The position numbers were made by a program, and so were the translations under genes. Shown here piece by piece: positions 9,431 to 17,189 of a stretch of DNA of 64,000 bases (its first letter is position 1; every line of letters begins with the position of its first letter). The notes under the pieces are model-generated. The model was not told the DNA's origin. It saw nothing but the letters and a program-made list of their open reading frames with translations, and made no database searches. This DNA comes from an uncultured Bacilli bacterium (GTDB taxonomy: Bacteria; Bacillota_I; Bacilli_A; RF39; UBA660), in the NCBI GenBank assembly GCA_944358305.1, contig CALVQK010000005.1, forward strand, positions 16,385 through 80,384, given 5' to 3'.

Positions 9431-9711
9431 AGGAAGATATATTTTTGAAAGAAAAATTCTTGACCGATTCTATCTTGTATGATACATTAAAGCTAGATGG
9501 GAGACTTGTAAAAAGATGGAAAAGGAAGGAGGAAGAAAAAAGTTAAAAAAGTATGAATTTTGAAAATTGGATATGTATTAAAATAACAATATTTTAAATT
9601 GAACTAGTGAATTAAGAAAATTGATAGGTATTTTTAAGCCTAATTTTCAAAATTATCTTTTTGCAATAACTTTATGTATTTGATAACTTAATTGCAGAAA
9701 GGAGAAATCTT

Positions 9712-10530
9712 ATGAATAAAGTACCTAGATTTATATCATTAATGGCAGATACAACTGCAAAAGCTTTAATTAAAGATGATAACTATAGATGGTTTTACGA
9801 AGACTTAATAAAATTCAAAACAGGTATTATCTTAAATGGTTATAAAGCAATAGATAATGAGCTTAATACTGGTAATAAAGTTAAGGATTATAGAGCAGAT
9901 ACTATATTTCTAAAAAATAATAATTTAGTTAATATAGAATTTAATCAATTTGTTTATGTTCATACTATGATAAAAAACATTAAATATGCTTTAAGGATGG
10001 CTGGCAACGGTTTTTTACAAGGAAAGGATTATTTTCATAGATTTGTAGTTCAAATAAATCTAAATAATAAGGTAATGAGTAGTAATGTCAAGAAATGGAA
10101 TGAAAAAGATTATAAGTTAGAAGATTATAAATCTAAATTATTTTTAAAAGATATAAGAATAATTACTATAGATTTAAGAAAATATAAAGGTATTTGTTAT
10201 GACGGTACTAATAAATATGAAGCGTATCTATCAATGTTAACAGCGGAGTCGTATGAAGAAATGGAAAAAATAATTGGAGATTTAAAGGAGGGTAAAATAA
10301 TAATGGAAAAGTTAAAAGAATTAGGATTAGATGATGAGTTTGGTATGTATTATGATGCTGAGATAGTACATAGAAAAGAATTAAACTCTGTAAAAAAGGA
10401 GGGCAGAAAGGAAGGTAAAATAGAGACAACTACTTCTATTGCTAAAGTAATGCTAAAAGCTGGGGAGAGCGTTAATAAAATAAAGGAATATACTGGCCTT
10501 TCAGAAAAACAAATAAGTATGCTAATGTAA
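9712..10530 (+). CDS. Rpn-family recombination-promoting nuclease/putative transposase (PD-(D/E)XK, YhgA-like), copy 1.
   Basis: C-terminal EGRKEGKIETTTSIAKVMLKAGESVNKIKEYTGLSEKQISML tail (DUF4351-like TGLS..I..L motif) and N-terminal FKxLF-like region. Confidence 0.65.
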   Translation: MNKVPRFISLMADTTAKALIKDDNYRWFYEDLIKFKTGIILNGYKAIDNELNTGNKVKDYRADTIFLKNNNLVNIEFNQFVYVHTMIKNIKYALRMAGNGFLQGKDYFHRFVVQINLNNKVMSSNVKKWNEKDYKLEDYKSKLFLKDIRIITIDLRKYKGICYDGTNKYEAYLSMLTAESYEEMEKIIGDLKEGKIIMEKLKELGLDDEFGMYYDAEIVHRKELNSVKKEGRKEGKIETTTSIAKVMLKAGESVNKIKEYTGLSEKQISMLM

Positions 10531-10714
10531 GGATGATGCAAAAAGTTAAAAAACTTGTAATTTTTAAAATTGACTATACTTTTAAAGACCAATATCTTAA
10601 ATTGAACTAGCCAATTAAGAAAATTGATAGGTATTTTTAAGATCAATTTATAAAATTGTCTTTTTGCAATATCTTTATGTATTTGATAACTTAATTGCAG
10701 AAAGGAGAAATCTT

Positions 10715-11545
10715 ATGAATAAAGTACCTAGATTTATATCATTAATGGCAGATACAACTGCAAAAGCTTTAATTAAAGATGATAACTATAGATGGTTTTA
10801 TGAAGAGGTTATTAAGTTTAGAACGGGTGTTGACTTGAAAGGTTATCAGTTAATGGATCCTGAACTTAATACTGGTAATAGGGGTAAAGATTATAGGTTA
10901 GATTTAATATTTATCAATAAGACTAAGTTATTTAACTTAGAATTAAATAGGTTTGTTTATCCACATACCTTTATTAAAAGTCTTAAATATGCTTTAAGGT
11001 TAGCGGGCAATGGTTATATTAAAGGAGATCAATATTATCAAAGATTTGTAACACAACTTAATCTAAATTATAAAATAATGAGTGAGAAAGTAAAATGGCA
11101 AAACTCGAGAGATTATAAGTTAGAAGACTGTAAATACAAAGATAAATTAAAAGATATAAGAGTATTAACAACAAATTTATTAGATTATAAGGGAATAGTT
11201 TATGATGGTACTAATAAATATGAAACATATTTATCAATGTTAACAGCTGAATCATATGAAGAAATGGAGAAAATAATTGGAGATTTAAAGGAGGGTAAAA
11301 TAATTATGGAAAAGTTAAAAGAATTGGGACTTGATGATGAGTTTGGTGCAATATATGATGAAGAGATAGTACATAAGATGGAGATAAACTCTGCTCGAAG
11401 TGATGGCAGAAAAGAAGGAAGAAAGGAAGGCAAAATAGAGACAACTACTTCTATTGCTAAAGTAATGTTAAAAGCTGGAGAGAGTGTTAATAAAATAAAA
11501 GAGTATACAGGCCTTTCAGAAAAACAAATAAGTATGCTAATATAG
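10715..11545 (+). CDS. Rpn-family nuclease/putative transposase, copy 2. The true start is the second M; the ORF track start at 10664 lies in the duplicated leader.
   Basis: Same N-terminus MNKVPRFISLMADTTAKALIKDDNYRWFYE and the same C-terminal TGLSEKQISML tail. Confidence 0.65.
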   Translation: MNKVPRFISLMADTTAKALIKDDNYRWFYEEVIKFRTGVDLKGYQLMDPELNTGNRGKDYRLDLIFINKTKLFNLELNRFVYPHTFIKSLKYALRLAGNGYIKGDQYYQRFVTQLNLNYKIMSEKVKWQNSRDYKLEDCKYKDKLKDIRVLTTNLLDYKGIVYDGTNKYETYLSMLTAESYEEMEKIIGDLKEGKIIMEKLKELGLDDEFGAIYDEEIVHKMEINSARSDGRKEGRKEGKIETTTSIAKVMLKAGESVNKIKEYTGLSEKQISMLI

Positions 11546-11654
11546 GTTAATAGTGTTTCTATTCTTTAAAAGTTTTAAATATTTCTTTATAATTTGTAAG
11601 AATATAGAGGAGATAGCGAATATATATTTAAAATAGCTAAAGGAGATAATTATT

Positions 11655-11882
11655 ATGGAAAAGTTAAAAGAATTAGGACTTGATGATGAGTTTGGTATGT
11701 ATTATGATGCTGAGATAGTACATAGAAAAGAATTAAACTCTGTAAAAAAGGAGGGCAGAAAGGAAGGCAAAATAGAGACAACTACTTCTATTGCTAAGAA
11801 TCTTCTTAATATGGGTCTTTCTAAACAAGATGTAATGAAAGCGACAGGTTTATCTAAGAAACAACTAACTATGTTAATGTAG
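11655..11882 (+). pseudogene. Truncated third Rpn copy. Only the C-terminal ~75 aa (DUF4351-like tail) is retained.
   Basis: MEKLKELGLDDEFGMYYDAEIVHRKELNSVKKEGRKEGKIETTTSIAK is near-identical to the tail of copy 1. A terminator hairpin follows at 11908..11930. Confidence 0.6.
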
Positions 11883-12025
11883 ATTGGTGGTGTTTTTTAT
11901 ATATTAAGCAGTTTATGACTGCTTTTTTCATGTTAAAAAAATTACTACCAAAAATTGGTAATTTGTTGTACAATAGTATTTGATAAAAATAGAGTAAGGC
12001 TATAGCGATATTTTGGAGTAAAGGC

Positions 12026-12376
12026 TTGGTGGAATTTATGAAGAAGTATACACCTTTAAATATATATAATTTCTATAAAAGAGATTATGCTAAGTACTTG
12101 TTGCTGGTTAAGAAAAAAGATAAACTTATAACTTATAATACTGACGCTAAAATAGTATCTTATCTTTTTAAAATATATTATTTTGAAGAACTTAGTTTAG
12201 ATCAAAATTTGTTAACAGAGTTATTAGAACTTAAAGAAATACATCATTTTAATATTGCTGTAGTCGTCTCCTCTAAAATAAGAGAATATTATTGTTATAA
12301 AAATAGTGATTATTTGAAACTTAAAAATAATAGTAAAAGATATGTTAAAGAATTAGAGGTGATTTCTAATGGATAA
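12026..12376 (+). CDS. Hypothetical 116-aa protein, translationally coupled to avd (stop overlaps the avd start). Possible DGR accessory gene.
   Basis: Overlapping ORFs 12026..12376 / 12369..12728 / 12709..13824 suggest one operon. Confidence 0.35.
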   Translation: MVEFMKKYTPLNIYNFYKRDYAKYLLLVKKKDKLITYNTDAKIVSYLFKIYYFEELSLDQNLLTELLELKEIHHFNIAVVVSSKIREYYCYKNSDYLKLKNNSKRYVKELEVISNG

Positions 12377-12728
12377 GAATGACTCTTTTAAAATTATGAA
12401 GAATACAAAATTACTTGTTTTTGATGTAGTAGAATTTTCTAAGAATTTTCCTAAAGGAGAAGCGGTGTTAAAGAAAAATCTACAGGAAGAGTTATTTAAT
12501 CTTGTTAAATTATTAAATTCATATATTGTTAATAAAGGAAGTGCAAGAATTAAAGAAAAACATGTTAAAGACTTTATTGTTAGTCTTTCGATGGTAGATT
12601 TTTATTTTGAGTATTTATACTTAAATAAAATTATTAGTTTTAAAAAATATAAAGCTTTGGTTGATGATGTTATTACAATTAGAAAGCTTGCTTATGGAGT
12701 ATTAAAAAATGAAAAAGAGTTATCTTAA
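12369..12728 (+). CDS. avd: Accessory variability determinant (Avd)-like protein (four-helix bundle, 23S rRNA IVS protein family).
   Basis: 119 aa, basic. FSKNFPKGE resembles the KFPKxE(R/K) motif of Avd/IVS proteins. Immediately upstream of and overlapping the DGR RT gene. Confidence 0.6.
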   Translation: MDKNDSFKIMKNTKLLVFDVVEFSKNFPKGEAVLKKNLQEELFNLVKLLNSYIVNKGSARIKEKHVKDFIVSLSMVDFYFEYLYLNKIISFKKYKALVDDVITIRKLAYGVLKNEKELS

Positions 12729-13824
12729 ATATGATGTTTTAGTTGATTATGAAAAAGTATTATCTAGTTATAAAGATGTAGTTAGGAATACAGAACACAA
12801 AGAGAAATTGTTTAAATACAATTTGTTTTTGTCTAGTAATTTAATAGAAATATATAATGATTTAAAGAATAAAAAATATCATCATGGTAAATATAATATA
12901 TTCTTAATTAAAGATCCTAAATATCGGGTTATTATGAGTGAAAACTTAAATGATAAGATAGTTAATCAAATGGTTAGTGAACATATTTTAAAGCCAGTTT
13001 TAGAGCCTAGACTTATAGATAGTAATACTGCTACTAGAAAAGATATGGGAAGTAAACATGCCTTTAATTTATGCAAGAAGTATATTATGAAATTAAAAAG
13101 AGAAAATAAAGATATTTATGTTCTTAAGTTTGATATAAAAAAATATTTCTATAATATAGATCATGATATTTTGTTATCTAAGTTAGAGAAGATCTTTGTA
13201 GATAAGGATATTATGGCTTTATTAAAAGATATTATATATAGTTCTAATCTTGCTTATGTTAATAGGGAAATCGATACAATTATAAATAGAGAATTAAAGA
13301 AAGATTTATCTAGTTATCATAAAAGTGAACTTTTAAAAGTACCTAGATATCAATATCATAAAGGACTTGCTATTGGTAATGTTACAAGCCAAATACTTGC
13401 TATCTTTTATTTGAATAGAATAGATCATTTTATTAAAGAAAATTTAGGTTGTAAGTATTATATTCGTTATATGGATGATGGTATTATTTTTGATTATGAT
13501 AAAGAGAAATTAAAACGTATTAAGAGTGCTATTGAGAAGGAACTTTTAAAAGAAAAATTGGAACTTAATAAAAAAACAAATATTTATAAACTTAGTAATG
13601 GTTTTACTTTTATAGGATATAGATTTATTTTAAGAAATAATAAACTTGTTATTAGAATCAATAATAAAGTTAAGACTAGAATTAAGAGAAAGATTAAATA
13701 TTTGAGTGTTTATGATAAAGAGAAACTTATTAGAGTTAAAGCAAGTTACTATGGTTATATGAAAAGAGCATCTACTAAATTCTTACAGCATAAACTTGCT
13801 ATTAAAGATAAGCAAAGTTATTGA
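12709..13824 (+). CDS. DGR-type reverse transcriptase.
   Basis: RT motifs FDIKKYFYNIDHD, the DGR-specific GLAIGNVTSQ (I/LGxxxSQ in place of QGxxxSP), and YIRYMDDGIIF (YxDD). 371 aa with no maturase or endonuclease domains. Confidence 0.85.
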   Translation: MKKSYLKYDVLVDYEKVLSSYKDVVRNTEHKEKLFKYNLFLSSNLIEIYNDLKNKKYHHGKYNIFLIKDPKYRVIMSENLNDKIVNQMVSEHILKPVLEPRLIDSNTATRKDMGSKHAFNLCKKYIMKLKRENKDIYVLKFDIKKYFYNIDHDILLSKLEKIFVDKDIMALLKDIIYSSNLAYVNREIDTIINRELKKDLSSYHKSELLKVPRYQYHKGLAIGNVTSQILAIFYLNRIDHFIKENLGCKYYIRYMDDGIIFDYDKEKLKRIKSAIEKELLKEKLELNKKTNIYKLSNGFTFIGYRFILRNNKLVIRINNKVKTRIKRKIKYLSVYDKEKLIRVKASYYGYMKRASTKFLQHKLAIKDKQSY

Positions 13825-13869
13825 TATTTTTCTTTCTTTATAGTAAAATCTTGTTAAAGGAGAAATGAT

Positions 13870-14415
13870 ATGAATAGTGAATTTATAAATGAAGTAGAAA
13901 ATAAAATGAAAGGGGCTCTTAATAACCTAGAAAAACGTTTTACAACTGTTAGAGCAGGACGTGCTAATCCTTCTAGTTTAGATGGTGTATCTGTTGATTA
14001 TTATGGTTCTATGACGCCTTTAAAAAGTCTTGCTACTATATCTGTTCCAGAGGCAACTCAATTATTAATTAAACCTTTTGATAGAGGTTGTTTGAATGAT
14101 ATAGAGAAAGCAATTATAGCAGCTAATCTTGGTTATAATCCTTCTAATGATGGAGAAACTATTAGAATAGTTATACCAGCTTTAACTGAAGAAAGAAGAA
14201 AAGAACTTACTAAGCAAGTTAAAGCTATGGCTGAGGATGCTAAAGTAGTAATTAGAAATATTAGACATGAAGCTAATGAGAAAATAGAAAAGATGGAATT
14301 ATCTGAAGATGAAGAAAAAGGTATGATGAAGGATGTTCAAGATTTAGTTAATGAATATAATAAAGATATAGATAATCTTTATAAGGATAAAGAGAAGGAA
14401 TTAATGACAGTTTAG
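13870..14415 (+). CDS. frr: Ribosome recycling factor.
   Basis: RANPSSLDGVSVDYYGSMTPLKSLATISVPEA and RNIRHEAN motifs. Confidence 0.9.
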   Translation: MNSEFINEVENKMKGALNNLEKRFTTVRAGRANPSSLDGVSVDYYGSMTPLKSLATISVPEATQLLIKPFDRGCLNDIEKAIIAANLGYNPSNDGETIRIVIPALTEERRKELTKQVKAMAEDAKVVIRNIRHEANEKIEKMELSEDEEKGMMKDVQDLVNEYNKDIDNLYKDKEKELMTV

Positions 14416-14427
14416 AGGTATGTTAAT

Positions 14428-14456
14428 TTGACATTTTCTTTTTAACATGTTATATT
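14428..14456 (+). promoter_or_regulatory. Sigma-A-type promoter (TTGACA, 17 nt spacer, TATATT) driving the repeat RNA and toxN-like gene.
   Basis: ttgacattttctttttaacatgttatatt. Confidence 0.5.
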
Positions 14457-14480
14457 ATGGATACATAAGAGATTATGTTT

Positions 14481-14584
14481 AAAAAAGCTGGTGATTCCAA
14501 CCATAATAGGAACTTAAAAAAGCGGTGATTCCGACCATAACAGGAACTTAAAAAAGAAACTAGAGATGCAAAACTCTAGTTTTT
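14481..14584 (+). ncRNA. Type III antitoxin-like RNA. Two tandem direct repeats (35 nt and 34 nt, aaaaaagc(t)ggtgattccRaccataaYaggaactt) plus a partial third, followed by an intrinsic terminator.
   Basis: Units at 14481..14515 and 14516..14549. Terminator hairpin aactagag/ctctagtt with a T-run at 14558..14584, directly upstream of a ToxN-like ORF. Confidence 0.55.
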
Positions 14585-14646
14585 ATAAATTTCCTATTGC
14601 GAACATTTGTTCTTTTATGTATAATAATTAACTAAGTAAAGGAGGA

Positions 14647-15024
14647 ATGTTTGTGAAACAAGAATTACGTTTAGTTAAAATTGATTCTAATTATTGTGAT
14701 TATTTAAGAAAATATGATTCAAAAGTTCCATATAATTTTGATAGAAAAAGAAATAGACCTTTTGTAGGTGTATTGTTTGAAGTTAATGGGTGTAAATATT
14801 TTGCACCACTTGCTAGTCCTAAGACTAAATATTTAAAAATGCATAATAGTATTGATTTCTTTAAGTTGAAAAACGGAGAACTTGGAGCGATTAATTTTAA
14901 TAATATGATTCCTGTAACATTAAATAATGTTATTATGTTAGAACTTTTGGAAGATAATAAAACAAAAGAGGAAAGAATATATATAAAGATGTTAAAAGAG
15001 CAATTATATTTTGATTGTAAATAA
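14647..15024 (+). CDS. ToxN/AbiQ-family endoribonuclease toxin (type III TA / abortive infection). Likely start is GTG at 14653.
   Basis: KVPYNFDRKRNRPFVGVLFEVNGCKYFAPLASPK closely parallels the ToxN N-terminal core (KVP...F(I/V)G(I/V)..E..G.KY.APL.SPK). AGGAGG lies 9 nt before the GTG. Confidence 0.6.
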   Translation: MFVKQELRLVKIDSNYCDYLRKYDSKVPYNFDRKRNRPFVGVLFEVNGCKYFAPLASPKTKYLKMHNSIDFFKLKNGELGAINFNNMIPVTLNNVIMLELLEDNKTKEERIYIKMLKEQLYFDCK

Positions 15025-15183
15025 AAAACTTCCTATTAATATCTATAATAGATGTTGTAATTTTCTTTTGTTAGAGGAGAAATGTAAAGTTTATAATAAA
15101 TATTTTGAAAATCAAGTATTAAATTGATTTTATTACAGTTATATGTTATAATATAAAGCGTTTTATAAAGGGGTGATGGTACT

Positions 15184-15738
15184 TTGGAAAGAAATATGGA
15201 TGAAGATTTTGATTTGCCTTCAAAAATGCAAAAAATGAGAAAAGATATTGTTTCGGATAGAATAAGAAGTAAAATTAGTATATCTTCTACTGATCTTGAT
15301 CATTTATTAAGAGGGATTAATAAAGATGTATATGATACGATGGATGATTTAGAAGAATGGAATAGTTTAAGAACTAAAATATTATTAAATTTTAATTTAG
15401 GTTTAACTTATGTTTTGCCTAATCGTGAAAATTTTAGAGATATGATATTTGTTGGTAAGCGCAGTGTTGATTTATCTGTTGATAATTATAGAAGAGTATT
15501 AACTGCTGTTGACTTTGTTCATGAGTATAGTATGACAAAAAATATTTATACTTTAATTGATCAGTTATATTATGCCGAAACTCATGCTAGAAATTGCCTT
15601 TATTATATGGATGATTTAAAGGTGAAAATAAATACTAAATACTATGATGGTAAGTTTAATGAAAGATATGTTAAAGAAATGGAAAATAGTAGAGAAAAAG
15701 TTTTATCTTTAGAAAAAAACTATGTGAAGGGGGAATAA
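15184..15738 (+). CDS. Hypothetical protein (184 aa), first gene of a two-gene unit.
   Basis: ORF only. TTG/ATG start with aaagggg RBS. Confidence 0.35.
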   Translation: MERNMDEDFDLPSKMQKMRKDIVSDRIRSKISISSTDLDHLLRGINKDVYDTMDDLEEWNSLRTKILLNFNLGLTYVLPNRENFRDMIFVGKRSVDLSVDNYRRVLTAVDFVHEYSMTKNIYTLIDQLYYAETHARNCLYYMDDLKVKINTKYYDGKFNERYVKEMENSREKVLSLEKNYVKGE

Positions 15739-15740
15739 AA

Positions 15741-16280
15741 ATGCAAGATATGAATCAAGTTGCAGATTTGTATGTTGAAACTACAAAGGCATATTTAGAT
15801 ATTTTAATAGAAAGAGGAGATTTAAAAGCGTGCGAAAAACATTATTTAGAAATATTGGATAAAGTAAAAAAAGAAACTTTAGAAGTTTCTAAAGAGTTTT
15901 CTAAAACTAGAATTATGACTTTAAAAGCTCTTGCTTTTGTTAGTAGAAAACTAAATATTGGTGAAGATTTGAATATTGTAGGTAATGTGGCTCCAAGCCT
16001 TGCGGATACTTTATTAGATAATTATGATCGAGTTAGGAAAGGAATTGCTGTTACTAGTAAAAATATGAGTTATGATAATATTTGTACTTTGATAAGCCAA
16101 AAAGCAGAATCAGATAAATATCTTGTTAGTTTTTCATCATTTCTAGGTGATACAGTTCATGGTTCTGATGGCTTAGGGCCTAGTTACAATTATTATTTAG
16201 CTTGTCAAAATTCTAGAGATAAAATTTTAGAACTTGATTCTAAGTATTGTACAGAAAAGACTAAAGATTTACATTATTAG
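15741..16280 (+). CDS. Hypothetical protein (179 aa), separated from the upstream ORF by 3 nt.
   Basis: ORF only. Confidence 0.35.
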   Translation: MQDMNQVADLYVETTKAYLDILIERGDLKACEKHYLEILDKVKKETLEVSKEFSKTRIMTLKALAFVSRKLNIGEDLNIVGNVAPSLADTLLDNYDRVRKGIAVTSKNMSYDNICTLISQKAESDKYLVSFSSFLGDTVHGSDGLGPSYNYYLACQNSRDKILELDSKYCTEKTKDLHY

Positions 16281-16349
16281 TATTTACAATAAGCTTTTAA
16301 ATGTGGTATAGTAATTTTTGAAATGACTATGATTAAGAAGTAGTAGTAA

Positions 16350-16548
16350 ATGATTTTTTTAAAGAGAGTCTGTGGTTGGTGGAAACAGATAAAAATAGTT
16401 TATGAATTCGTCTTAGGAGTTCCTATAACAAAATTATAGGCGTTGTTTATCGCGTTAAGATTTTAGAGAAATAGTTAATAACTATAAATTAAGGTGGTAC
16501 CGTGTAGAAAACTACGCCCTTAAGTTATAGTTATTTTTTATTTTAGGA
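16350..16548 (+). promoter_or_regulatory. T-box riboswitch leader (tRNA-Phe specifier likely) with terminator/antiterminator, upstream of HAD-pheS-pheT.
   Basis: Conserved T-box sequence aattaaggtggtaccgtg at 16488..16505. Terminator aactataa..ttatagtt plus T-run ends around 16548. A TTC triplet is present in the upstream stem region (gaattcgtc). Confidence 0.7.
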
Positions 16549-16555
16549 GGATTTT

Positions 16556-17188
16556 ATGACTAAACGATTTATTTGGGATTTTGATGGTACTATTGTAGAT
16601 GGAGATTTTTCTCTTGAAGAGAAGTTATTTAAAGATAATTTAAGTGAAGAAGATTTTTTAAGGTTTAATGAGAAGTGGCCTATGTTACTTAGTGTTTATG
16701 AGAAAGAGTTTCCTAGATATGATAGAAGAATGCTTAGTGAATTTCTTAGTACTAGTACCGGTGTTAATATTAGTAAAGAATTAATTGATGAGTGGTCTAG
16801 ATATATGATTAATGTTAATGAGACTATTCATCCTGGTGCTTTTGAAGTGCTTGATTATTTACAGAGTAAAGGAATAGAAAATGTAATTTATTCTAATGCT
16901 TTTACTGATACGCAAATAGGAAGAGTTAAAAAAATAGGACTTGATTCTTATTTTAAAGAAATAATAGGGGCGGAGGTTGCTGTAAAACCAAATTCTTTAG
17001 GATTTATTGCAGCTTGTGGGTCATATAGCCCTAGAGAATGTGTTGTGATTGGAAATGATTATGAGAAAGATATTTTAGGCGCGAAGAAAGCAGGGTTAGA
17101 TGCTATTTATTATTGCCCTAAAGGTTTAGATAAGAAAGTAGATATTCCTAGTGTAAAAAGATTAATTAAGATAAAGGAGATGTATTAA
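16556..17188 (+). CDS. HAD-superfamily hydrolase.
   Basis: IWDFDGTIVDG motif I; GNDYEKD motif IV region. Confidence 0.7.
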   Translation: MTKRFIWDFDGTIVDGDFSLEEKLFKDNLSEEDFLRFNEKWPMLLSVYEKEFPRYDRRMLSEFLSTSTGVNISKELIDEWSRYMINVNETIHPGAFEVLDYLQSKGIENVIYSNAFTDTQIGRVKKIGLDSYFKEIIGAEVAVKPNSLGFIAACGSYSPRECVVIGNDYEKDILGAKKAGLDAIYYCPKGLDKKVDIPSVKRLIKIKEMY

Positions 17189-17189
17189 T

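Larger units (their letters stand above)
9597..11545 (+). repeat. Tandem duplication of about 970 bp. Each unit has a conserved ~115-nt leader/promoter region followed by an Rpn-family gene.
   Basis: 9597..9711 and 10585..10714 are near-identical (attgaactag..aattgcagaaaggagaaatcttATG). The two coding regions are about 60% identical at protein level. Confidence 0.8.

Noticed and set aside
9712-11545. Rpn genes as a canonical IS element with terminal inverted repeats
   Set aside because: No terminal inverted repeats or target-site duplications were found flanking the units. The repeat is a direct tandem duplication including the leader.
12709-13824. Reverse transcriptase as a group II intron maturase or retron RT
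   Set aside because: No intron RNA domains, maturase X or endonuclease extension are present. The IGNVTSQ motif, the adjacent Avd-like gene and the adenine-specific TR/VR pair point to a DGR.
13870-14415. frr inside an accessory island, seemingly horizontally acquired
   Set aside because: Composition is indistinguishable from flanking housekeeping genes. Its isolated position (without pyrH) is unusual but not evidence of mobility.
14481-14549. Possible CRISPR array
   Set aside because: There are only two adjacent direct repeats with no intervening spacers, followed by a terminator and a ToxN-like ORF. This fits a type III antitoxin RNA, not CRISPR.
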